DNA of 64,000 bases from Pachysolen tannophilus NRRL Y-2460 (taxonomy: Eukaryota), in NCBI GenBank assembly GCA_001661245.1, contig KV454016.1, positions 792,648-856,647 of the forward strand. Reading direction: 5' to 3'. Under the pieces are notes generated by a model. The model was given only the letters and a program-made list of their open reading frames with translations. It did no database searches and had not been told where the DNA came from. The translations under genes and the position numbers were made by a program. Shown in pieces: positions 12,916 to 23,100 of this stretch (the stretch's first letter is position 1; each line of letters starts with the position of its first letter).

Positions 12916-14070
12916 CTATATATACAAGTAACTAACATTCCAAAAATTCAAGTGTTGCAAGTCTTGTGGCAACCTATTATTATTTTGAGTAATTTCTTGA
13001 AGAAGATCTTCAACAACAATGGAGGGGAAATATAGTGGCTCAAAATTGTTGAACTGCTCATTGGCATTTTCAGTGATAAATTTCAAATCATGATTAAACA
13101 TAATCTTTAAACAATTTTCCCTAATTTTACCTTCACTTTGATTTGTTATATTTATTCCAAAACTAAAGATCCATAACACTAGTCTAATTATTTCGTCATT
13201 TTTTTCATCGTAAATTTTGAAAAATCTTGAAGCATTTGAATTTATTGAATCAATTAAAACGTTAAAACTATGATAATAAGGTCTAAAAGTTTCTTTATTG
13301 TTCAATTTAAAATTCCATTTGTATAATTTAACAAGCTTATTATCCGATTCAACTTTCCCCAATTGACAATGACATTTAAAACATATTGGTATAGAATCTA
13401 CTATAATTAATGATTCAAAATCTTTCATGTTGATCAAAAAATAATAATTTCCTATAATTACTGAATTTTTTGAAGGCTTTAAAACGCTATACCTTTTCGA
13501 ATTAAATGTATGTTCATTTTTACCATTTTCACTATCTGGCTTGTGGCAATGCCAAAAATCCATCATCTCAGACCATGATTCACTGGGCATATCGTTTAAC
13601 TTGTTGATTTTATCAGAAGAAATAATTGTTTCTCCACATTCGGCACAACTTAAACAAAATTGAGAATTTTTATTGCCCTGCAATAAATATTTTTTTGACC
13701 ATATCTCGTTATCGTTGAAACTATGCATTAAAAAATTTATAGATCTATCGTTTCTATTTTGAAAATTATCACCTCGACCACGATTTATCGAAGAGGGCAA
13801 TTTGAACGATACTGTCATTACTCTTTCCTTTTCATTTTCATTTGTGTTCAAACTTGAAAATAAATCGGTATTCACTAGCCTTGAAGGTACACCATGAGAC
13901 AAATTTATTGTTTCGTTTTTAGTATTATTAAAAGTTATCAAGATACTATTAGCTGAATCTAGTTTTATCCCAGTAATCGTATAAAAACTATGAAACTGTA
14001 TACAAACTGATATACTATTTATCCTAGGAAGATACTCTGCATAATATTTCAAGTCCAATGATGATACCAT
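12916..14070 (-). CDS. IPA1: HECT_2/UBE3D-like protein Ipa1
   Basis: YYAEYLPRI start, CAECG, MPSESWSEMMDFWHCHKP and CFKC...KLYKW. Close to IML1/HOM6 as in S. cerevisiae. Confidence 0.85.
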   Translation of the reverse strand: MVSSLDLKYYAEYLPRINSISVCIQFHSFYTITGIKLDSANSILITFNNTKNETINLSHGVPSRLVNTDLFSSLNTNENEKERVMTVSFKLPSSINRGRGDNFQNRNDRSINFLMHSFNDNEIWSKKYLLQGNKNSQFCLSCAECGETIISSDKINKLNDMPSESWSEMMDFWHCHKPDSENGKNEHTFNSKRYSVLKPSKNSVIIGNYYFLINMKDFESLIIVDSIPICFKCHCQLGKVESDNKLVKLYKWNFKLNNKETFRPYYHSFNVLIDSINSNASRFFKIYDEKNDEIIRLVLWIFSFGINITNQSEGKIRENCLKIMFNHDLKFITENANEQFNNFEPLYFPSIVVEDLLQEITQNNNRLPQDLQHLNFWNVSYLYI

Positions 14071-14372
14071 TGGAACAAAAATTATCAGTCTATCTTGAAG
14101 TAAAAAACCAAAGAACTTAATTATGTCATATTCTTAAAAAGATATTTCATTATTTCCTTTATTATTTTTTTTCGATCTGAATTGAAGCTAAAAAAATAAA
14201 AGAAAAACAACTTCTCCTCATCTGGAGAAGTTTTAAAAACATATTTCCAATTTGGAGAAAGATAAGTTATTTTTTATTTTCTCCGGAGAATATTCTTTTA
14301 GGTTTTTGATCCATCTGCATTTTCATACAGAAGTTTTATCGAGTCAAAAGGTACCGACGTTACCAAGAGTAG

Positions 14373-14381
14373 AGTGGCAAA
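14373..14381 (+). promoter_or_regulatory. Rpn4/PACE-like element AGTGGCAAA
   Basis: One mismatch to GGTGGCAAA, about 170 bp upstream of the UFD1-like gene in the divergent promoter shared with IPA1. Confidence 0.45.
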
Positions 14382-14546
14382 AATAATAGTAATCATAACA
14401 ATAATATTTAAATGGTTCTCATGGTTGTATAATAAGAAAAGGGGTAGGGAAAGTGATAAAGGTTTTTTTTTTTCTTTTTTCTTTCTTTTTAAAAAAAAAT
14501 TGGAAAACGGAAAGCGAAAGCATAGAGTTCAGAGAATAGAATAATT

Positions 14547-16697
14547 ATGTCTGATAGAATATACTTTGCTGATACTTTGCTTCATTGTTCAAATATAGAT
14601 GAGGTTAAAGAACGATTTGTGGATCAAGATATTAGAATTGGTAATTTAGATAAATATTCAGATAAAGTGATATTGCCGTCATCGGTTTTAGAAGATTTGG
14701 TTTCGCAACAACTGAGATTATCTTTAACTTCTTTGCCACAACCGTTAATATTTAAGCTTTCGGTAAGTAAAACAAAGTTTTGTTATGTTGGGGTCAAAGA
14801 ATTTTCAGCACCTTCAAATTATGTCTTGTTACCATTTTTTGTTCAAAAAAAATTAGATTTAGTTAAGGATAATAATGAATCAGTGGTGGAAGTTGAATTG
14901 GTTAATAATATACCAAAGGGTAAAGCACTTACTTTGAAACCTTTGGATATCGATTATAAAGTAACCGATTGGAAATTCTTCTTGGAGGCCAAATTGAATA
15001 ATCTATATGTGTGTTTAACAAAAGGAGATATCATTTATATCTATGATGACGTTAGCGATCAAATTTGCAAGTTGTTAGTTGAAGATGTTAAACCTCTGTC
15101 TACTGTTTGTATAATAGATACAGATATTGATTTATCTGTAGTTCCCTTAGATGATTCACATGCTGAGGCGATTTTGAAAGAAAGAGAATTTGATAAAAAT
15201 GAAGCTAAAATAATAAATATGAAACTTGAAGATTCTGTCTCAATAAATCAATTGGAGCTGGAAATGGATAAACCAATATATCAAATTGAAAATATTCAAA
15301 ATTTGAAAAAAACAACAAAAACAATTTACGTTCAATTTGTACTTAGTGATCCTGAATTTGATTTAAATTTAATTGATTTATTCATATCAAATGATAAATT
15401 TATAGATAAGCAAACTTGGATATGGTCAACATTCAAATATTCAGATACTATTAGGACAGAAGGTGTACTACAATTAGAAATACTTTTAGATTCTCCATTC
15501 ATAAATGATGAATTATCATTTTTACCATATATTTGGCAGGGCAAAACTTTTGGAGAACTTAGAATTTTATCAGAGGGAAATCACGGAATATTAAATAAAA
15601 ATAACGATGATAATAGTGGACTAGGTGCAGATCAAGGCTTAACAGCAGAAGACAAATTGAACTATACAGTATGTTCAAATTGTGGTTCCAAGATATCAAA
15701 ACAGTCTCAAATGTTACATGAAAATTTTTGTTTTAGAAATAACGTTAAATGTGATAAAGGCTGTAATAAAATTTTCCGTAAAACTATACCAACAGAACAT
15801 TGGCATTGTGACATCTGTTTTTCAGAACACAAACAAATAGTTTTTGGAGATTCATCTTATTTATATCAGCACCATAATAATATTTACCATCAGGAATATG
15901 ACTGTAAATGTGGGGGACATTTTACAAATTTATCGAATCTTGCATTTCACAAGGCAACTGAGTGTAAATTTAAATTGCACGAATGCAAATTTTGTCATTT
16001 AATAGTACCTAGAGGTGAACCAACACTGGAAAGTTTTATTTCCAATTTATCTAGCCATGAAAGTTCTTGTGGTTCAAAAACTGAAAATTGTCCAAAATGC
16101 GATAGACCTATAAGGAGAAGAGATTTAGAGAATCATTTAAAACTTCATGATTTGAACAGATTAGATCAGGCTACTCCACAAAAATGTTTGAATGAAAACT
16201 GCATTAGGACAAAGAAGTTAAATGAATTTGGATTATGTGAAACTTGTTTTGGCCCATCTTATTCAAGTGTATATGACCCTGATAATTCCAGACTTAAATC
16301 CCGTTTTGAGCGAAGATATGTTATTCAATTAACAAGAGGCTGTGGCAATACATGGTGTAAGAACAAAGAATGTAAATCTTCCGGTTTAATACCACCTGAG
16401 AAGTACAAGACAACTGGTGATTTAATCAATCATGTTAAAAATGATTTATTGACTAAGATTCCAAAAATTCCAGGAACTGAAATTACAAATTTAAATGATG
16501 GAGTTTATGAATTTTGTGTTGATTTTTCAATTGTGAAAAAGAAGTTCATAGCTGATTGGCTATATGAAGAAGGAGAATATAGTTTGAATTGGTGCTGTGA
16601 AGCAGTTAATCAATGTAATGATGAACAAAATGCTAGAGCTTGGTTACAAGAGAATGCTATCACTTTAGACGAAGAGGTTAAAAATTCAATTTTTTAA
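14547..16697 (+). CDS. UFD1-domain protein with TRAF-like zinc fingers and an AZUL-like C-terminal motif
   Basis: UFD1-like N-terminus (SDKVILPSSVLE, YVGVKEFSA, LTKGDII, CIIDTDIDL), several CxxC/HxxxC zinc motifs and RRYVIQLTRGCGNTWCKNKEC. Confidence 0.8.
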   Translation: MSDRIYFADTLLHCSNIDEVKERFVDQDIRIGNLDKYSDKVILPSSVLEDLVSQQLRLSLTSLPQPLIFKLSVSKTKFCYVGVKEFSAPSNYVLLPFFVQKKLDLVKDNNESVVEVELVNNIPKGKALTLKPLDIDYKVTDWKFFLEAKLNNLYVCLTKGDIIYIYDDVSDQICKLLVEDVKPLSTVCIIDTDIDLSVVPLDDSHAEAILKEREFDKNEAKIINMKLEDSVSINQLELEMDKPIYQIENIQNLKKTTKTIYVQFVLSDPEFDLNLIDLFISNDKFIDKQTWIWSTFKYSDTIRTEGVLQLEILLDSPFINDELSFLPYIWQGKTFGELRILSEGNHGILNKNNDDNSGLGADQGLTAEDKLNYTVCSNCGSKISKQSQMLHENFCFRNNVKCDKGCNKIFRKTIPTEHWHCDICFSEHKQIVFGDSSYLYQHHNNIYHQEYDCKCGGHFTNLSNLAFHKATECKFKLHECKFCHLIVPRGEPTLESFISNLSSHESSCGSKTENCPKCDRPIRRRDLENHLKLHDLNRLDQATPQKCLNENCIRTKKLNEFGLCETCFGPSYSSVYDPDNSRLKSRFERRYVIQLTRGCGNTWCKNKECKSSGLIPPEKYKTTGDLINHVKNDLLTKIPKIPGTEITNLNDGVYEFCVDFSIVKKKFIADWLYEEGEYSLNWCCEAVNQCNDEQNARAWLQENAITLDEEVKNSIF

Positions 16698-16751
16698 ATC
16701 AAAAAAAAAAAATTTTCATATATGAATATATAAATCAACAATAGAATTTTA

Positions 16752-17165
16752 TTATAATCTTAATCTTTCTTTAACAAATCCAAATTTATCTATGATAAAT
16801 GTAACAAGCACCGCATAAAAAAATAAGCTAAAAACTAATAATATAAAACCGTATACAATTAACTTATCTTTCAAACTCTCTCGTTGGAAACAAGATATCG
16901 ATATTGTGTCTTGAGCACTATTACTACCACCAGTACTAGTATCACTCCCACTTGATTCTGGAAGCTTGCAATATTTATTATCTATACAAAACTGTTTTGT
17001 ACACATTAAACATATATTGTTACCTACATCTTCCTCAATACTATTTTGATCTAATTTCACAATTGTATAATCACTTGCAGAACATTCACATTTACAAAAA
17101 GTCTGGTAACAAAAAACACACTGAATAACTAAAAATAGCACTAATACCAACCTTACTCTATTCAT
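16752..17165 (-). CDS. Small Cys-rich single-pass membrane protein of unknown function
   Basis: Signal-peptide-like start, FCKCEC, CLMCTKQFC, CFQRES and a C-terminal TM helix; 137 aa. Confidence 0.8.
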   Translation of the reverse strand: MNRVRLVLVLFLVIQCVFCYQTFCKCECSASDYTIVKLDQNSIEEDVGNNICLMCTKQFCIDNKYCKLPESSGSDTSTGGSNSAQDTISISCFQRESLKDKLIVYGFILLVFSLFFYAVLVTFIIDKFGFVKERLRL

Positions 17166-17188
17166 CTCTATCCATCATTAATTGAGTT

Positions 17189-17219
<31 letters not shown>

Positions 17220-17330
17220 CTAATACTTTTATGTTCTTATCTGGTTAAAATATAAGAGAAAGAAAAAGGGTCGTGTCTTTAAAACTCAAAAGGTTTCTTT
17301 GAGTTTCAAAAAAGTTGAAATCTTTATTTT

Positions 17331-17339
17331 GATGGCAAA
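17331..17339 (+). promoter_or_regulatory. PACE-like element GATGGCAAA upstream of RPT6
   Basis: One mismatch to GGTGGCAAA, 130 bp upstream of a proteasome gene. Confidence 0.45.
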
Positions 17340-17460
17340 TAAGAAGAAGGTAACAATAAAGTAATTGAAAAGAAGTATAATAAATCAATCTTAATTAGTG
17401 ATAAGAATCATAAATTTTTCCAGTTTTTTCAAAAGAAAGAAAACAAAAAAATAAAAAAGA

Positions 17461-18657
17461 ATGGCTGCTGCTACAACACATGAAGGTGGTATTAGACCTT
17501 TTTTTGAGCAACGAATTCAAGATTTAGAAATTGAGATTACATCTCGTACTCAAAATTTAAGAAGATTAGAAGCTCAACGTAATGGATTAAATTCTAAAGT
17601 AAGGGCGTTAAAAGATGAGTTGAAGCTTTTACAAGAGCCTGGATCATATGTAGGGGAAGTTGTTAAGGCGATGGGTAAGAAGAAAGTTTTGGTTAAAGTT
17701 CATCCTGAGGGTAAATATGTTGTTAATCTTTCACCTGATATTGATATTAAAAAGATTACCCCTAGTTTAAGGGTTTGTCTTAGAAGTGATACTTATGAAT
17801 TACATAAGATTTTACCTAATAAAGTGGATCCTTTGGTATCTTTAATGATGGTTGAGAAAGTTCCTGATTCTACTTATGATATGGTTGGTGGATTAGATCA
17901 ACAGATTAAAGAAATTAAAGAAGTTATTGAACTTCCTGTTAAGCATCCAGAACTTTTTGAAAGTTTAGGTATTGCTCAACCAAAAGGTGTTATATTATTT
18001 GGGCCACCTGGTACTGGTAAGACATTATTGGCAAGAGCAGTTGCACATCATACTGAATGTAAATTCATTAGAGTTTCTGGTTCTGAATTAGTTCAAAAAT
18101 ATATAGGTGAAGGTTCAAGAATGGTTAGAGAATTATTTATAATGGCAAGAGAACATGCTCCTTCAATTATATTTATGGATGAAATTGATTCTATTGGATC
18201 ATCAAGAGTAGAAGGTTCTTCAGGTGGAGGTGATTCTGAAGTACAAAGAACAATGTTAGAATTATTAAATCAATTGGATGGTTTTGAAAGCACAAAAAAT
18301 ATTAAGATTATTATGGCTACAAATAGATTGGATATTTTAGATCCTGCTCTTTTAAGACCTGGAAGAATTGATAGAAAAATTGAATTCCCACCTCCAAGTG
18401 TAGAAGCACGAGCAGATATCTTAAAAATTCATTCAAGATCCATGAATTTAACAAGAGGAATTGATCTTAGGAAAATTGCTGAGAAGATGAATGGATGTTC
18501 TGGAGCAGATGTTAAAGGTGTTTGTACTGAAGCAGGAATGTATGCTTTGAGAGAAAGAAGAATACATGTTACTCAAGAAGATTTTGAATTGGCAGTTGCA
18601 AAAGTTATGTCAAAAAACGACGAAGGTGCAATTTCATTGGCAAAGTTGTTCAAATAA
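17461..18657 (+). CDS. RPT6: 26S proteasome AAA-ATPase subunit Rpt6
   Basis: [38 protein letters not shown] and [18 protein letters not shown]. Confidence 0.98.
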   Translation: MAAATTHEGGIRPFFEQRIQDLEIEITSRTQNLRRLEAQRNGLNSKVRALKDELKLLQEPGSYVGEVVKAMGKKKVLVKVHPEGKYVVNLSPDIDIKKITPSLRVCLRSDTYELHKILPNKVDPLVSLMMVEKVPDSTYDMVGGLDQQIKEIKEVIELPVKHPELFESLGIAQPKGVILFGPPGTGKTLLARAVAHHTECKFIRVSGSELVQKYIGEGSRMVRELFIMAREHAPSIIFMDEIDSIGSSRVEGSSGGGDSEVQRTMLELLNQLDGFESTKNIKIIMATNRLDILDPALLRPGRIDRKIEFPPPSVEARADILKIHSRSMNLTRGIDLRKIAEKMNGCSGADVKGVCTEAGMYALRERRIHVTQEDFELAVAKVMSKNDEGAISLAKLFK

Positions 18658-18728
18658 AAAAAAAAAACTATTTTCACTTTATATAGTTATAATTTATACT
18701 TATAGTTAAAATATATACTATATACTAC

Positions 18729-18771
<43 letters not shown>

Positions 18772-18825
18772 GGGGTCTACCCGTTCTAAGATTTACCTGT
18801 AAAACACAAACTAACGCAAAATAAT

Positions 18826-18906
18826 ACACACGACACACGACAAATACGGACACACGGACACACGGACATATACGACACAAGACAAGAGACACATAGAAAC
18901 ACACAT
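18826..18906 (+). repeat. Degenerate tandem repeat (ACACACG/ACACACGG-like units)
   Basis: acacacgacacacgacaaatacggacacacggacacacggacatatacgacacaagac... Confidence 0.75.
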
Positions 18907-19464
18907 AAAGGTGCGCACGACCTTTCTTCAAATTCTGTTTTCATCATTATTCTCTCTCCATTTTAGAAAGAACTCAAAATAAAAAAAAAGATTTCACTGA
19001 TTTCATAAAGTAAAACCCTCGTTTCAAACTGCTTTGTACAGCGCACACGACCTCTTTTTTTTTATTAAATTTTTTTTTAAATTATTTTTTCTCTTGTTCA
19101 ACGACATTTTCAATTTTTCAAAGAAAATTTTTAAAAATTTTTTCTTCGCATCACTTCACTACTTTCTTCGGAAGTTTTATTGAAAGACAAAAATTGGTTA
19201 AAAAAAAAAATTCCTTTAATAAAAAGGTATTTTGTATTTAAAAATACTTTTTTCAATTGGCGCTTAAAGAAATTATATGTAATATATATATATATTTTTA
19301 CTATTATCATTAGTAGAATATAAGATATATATTTCTTGAGTTATTTGGATAGGAAGAGGTATTAATTTCAATTTATTTTGAAATTAAAAAATTTACTTCT
19401 TGTTCTTTTTGTTCTTGTTTTGATACATATATATATATATATATTAAAAAAATATATATAATAT

Positions 19465-20030
19465 NNNNNNNNNNNNNNNNNNNNNNNNNNNNNNNNNNNN
19501 NNNNNNNNNNNNNNNNNNNNNNNNNNNNNNNNNNNNNNNNNNNNNNNNNNNNNNNNNNNNNNNNNNNNNNNNNNNNNNNNNNNNNNNNNNNNNNNNNNNN
19601 NNNNNNNNNNNNNNNNNNNNNNNNNNNNNNNNNNNNNNNNNNNNNNNNNNNNNNNNNNNNNNNNNNNNNNNNNNNNNNNNNNNNNNNNNNNNNNNNNNNN
19701 NNNNNNNNNNNNNNNNNNNNNNNNNNNNNNNNNNNNNNNNNNNNNNNNNNNNNNNNNNNNNNNNNNNNNNNNNNNNNNNNNNNNNNNNNNNNNNNNNNNN
19801 NNNNNNNNNNNNNNNNNNNNNNNNNNNNNNNNNNNNNNNNNNNNNNNNNNNNNNNNNNNNNNNNNNNNNNNNNNNNNNNNNNNNNNNNNNNNNNNNNNNN
19901 NNNNNNNNNNNNNNNNNNNNNNNNNNNNNNNNNNNNNNNNNNNNNNNNNNNNNNNNNNNNNNNNNNNNNNNNNNNNNNNNNNNNNNNNNNNNNNNNNNNN
20001 NNNNNNNNNNNNNNNNNNNNNNNNNNNNNN
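19465..20030. other. Assembly gap (N run) flanked by (TA)n
   Basis: Run of n. Confidence 1.
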
Positions 20031-20080
20031 AATATATAATATATATAAATTATTTAATTTTTTTATTTTTATTTTTTATT

Positions 20081-20121
<41 letters not shown>

Positions 20122-20176
20122 TGCATTCAGATCAGATAAGAGTGGAAGTATCTAGGTTGATAGAACTATATTCAAG

Positions 20177-23100
20177 ATGAACAATAGCAATATTCCGCCA
20201 CAACCACCGTCGTCGACTGGTGGTACTCCGCAACGCGCTCCGACTGCAACTTCTAATAGCGGTAGTGGTGGTACTTATAATAGTAACCGCCATCATCATA
20301 ATAATAATAATAGTAATAACGGTAACAACAGCAATAGTAATAAGACTTATAGGAAGAATTATAACAAGGACGGTGGTGCACTGTATCCTCAACAGATGCA
20401 ATATTTACAAAGCGCTTATTATCAGCATCCAAATATGTACGCCTCCGGTTATCATCAGCAATATTTTTATCCCGGCTCGATTCAATTGCCTCAATATAAT
20501 TTGGAACAGTATTCGAATTATTATCAGCAGCAGCAACAGCTGCTGCAACTGCAACAACAACAACTGCAGCAACAACAGCTGCATCACCACCACCATCAAC
20601 AGCTGCAACAACAACAACAACAACAGCTGCAACAGCTGCAGCAACAAATTTATCAGAATCACCTGCTCAACAAGTCTTTAAGTGGCAGTAAAGTCACATT
20701 GACCAATAAGGACGGTAAGCCACTCGATATAAAGCAACAACAACAACAACAACTGCTGCTGCTGCTGCTGCTGCTGCAAAGAGGAGGAAGTATACCATCA
20801 ACTCCTCAACTATCTCAGGCTCAACAGTTTCAACAAGTGAATTCATCGTCACAATCAACAACGGTGCTGTCTTCAGCAAAATCTTCTGTGGTTTCCACCC
20901 CGGTGGCTAAAGATGCACATGCTCAACTTTCAAGGCCAACTGGTCCTTCAACTCCTTTAAGACCAGATGCCACTACTCTGACTAGTTCTAAACCAATTTC
21001 TTCTCCATCAAAGATATCGGATTCAGAAAAGAAAGATGCTGCTGCATCATTCAAAGCTGCTATTGCTGCAAAGCTTGCCGCTGCAAAGAAATCTCAACAT
21101 CAAAGTAAAACAGCTTCTACAACACCAGTACCTGTCTCAGCAAGTACCACAACAGTATCTGCATCGTCTTCAGACCCAGCTAAAGATCCATCACAAGAAC
21201 CTGTTTCAAAAGAAGGCACTCCTGCATTTGCAACAATAGCATCTCCACCCTCATCTGCATCACCTGCACAGGAACAGGCACAGGTACTGGCACAGACTCA
21301 GGCTTCAAAACCTGTTTCTCAAGAAAAACAAGTTATTGAAGAATCTGTATCAGAGACAGCTAGAAACGATGGCTCAGAGGCAGTTGTTGCAACTTCAACT
21401 GTCGTAGACACAAAGAAAGAATCACCTGAGGTCAATGATACAAAACAAGAACCATCTACTATCTTAGGAGAAGAAGCTAAACCTATACCCGAAAAGGAAG
21501 AAACTGAAGTTAAAACTAAGGAAACAACTCAAATACCTCATGTTCCACATTTACCAAAGAAACCTGAAACACATCCAGCTCTTGAAGATCCAAAGGTAGA
21601 AAAGGTGAAAGAAGTTATATTAGAAAAACCTGAAGCTGTTAGTACTTTGGAAGCAGAAAAAGCTTCTACTGTTACTGATGCTACTGCTACTTCTGATGTT
21701 ACCACAGATGCTGTATCTACTTCGGTACCACAGCCATTGAAATCAGAAACTATCTTAGAAGAACAATCTGATGATGCGGCTGCTAAGAAAATTCCAGATA
21801 TCCCAGAAGTACCAAAGTTTACTATTTCAAAATTGATGGGAAAATTGAGATTTGCAAGAGTTGTAAATGCTTATGATTTTACTTATCCAGAGGGATTTTC
21901 AGGACCAGACTCTAAATTCAAGAATTCTGATAAGATTAAATATGATCCACCTTTCCTTTATCAATTTCAAAATAAATTAGAATTACCAAAAGATAAAGAT
22001 TGGGATACTAAATATGGATCTAAAATTGTAATCCCAGATCAACGTTCCTCGAATAAGAATAGCAATAGTGGTAATTACCAGCAGAGAAACAATAACGCTG
22101 GTAACAACAATGCTGGAAGCTCACAACAATTTGGTAAAGGATTTGTTGGTGTCAATGGTTCCAACGGTCCAATGCAAATAAGATCAGGTTCAAATATGAG
22201 AACCGCGGACTTTAATTCGCGTAGTGGTTCAAGACAAAATTCTAAGAGAAGAGTTGGTGGTGCAAATGTTAGTGGTGCTCGCGAAAAATCTACAAGAAAT
22301 AGAGATGGATCTAAGAGACACAATACCAAGTTTGGTGACAGACCTGAAGATGAGATGAGACAACATGATCAACCACCTCCTGAACCTGTCAAGCCTTTGG
22401 AAAAATCAGCTAACAGGTGGGTTCCAAGATCGAGAGTAAAAGCAGAGGCTGAAGTTAAAACAGCACCTGATGGTTCAGTAATATATAGCGAGGAAGATGT
22501 TGAGCGTAAAGTTAAATCACATTTGAACAAGTTGACATTAGAAAAATTTGATTCTATTTCAAATGAAATCTTGAACATTGCTAATCAATCTAAATGGGAA
22601 AAGGATGGAAAGACTTTAAAGCAAGTGATAGAATTGACTTTTGCTAAAGCGTGTGATGAACCACATTGGTCGAGCATGTATGCAAGATTCTGTTTTAAAT
22701 TAGTTACAGATATCTCTAAAGATGTACAAGATGAGACTTACTTAGATCCTAAAAACGGAGTACCGTTATCTGGTCCTGTCTTGGTTAGAAGATATCTATT
22801 AACAAGATGTCAATTAGAATATGAAAAAGGATGGACAGACAAGTTACCTACAAACGCTGATGGTTCTTCTATAGAACCAGAAATGATGTCTGATGAGTAT
22901 TATAAAGCTGCAGCTGCCAAGAGAAGAGGTTTAGGTTTGGTCAGATTTATTGGTGAATTATACAAATTAGGTTTATTGTTGGACAAAATTATTCTTCAAT
23001 GTTTAAATGCTCAAGTAACTAATATAACAGATCCTTCAGAGGACACATTGGAGAACTTGGTCCAATTATTAAGAACTGTTGGTGAGTTATTAGATAATTC

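Noticed and set aside
20132..20879. Overlapping and antisense ORFs within eIF4G (likewise in KNS1, NUP49, the C2H2 gene and SWI4)
   Set aside because: Shadow frames of trinucleotide repeats inside real genes.
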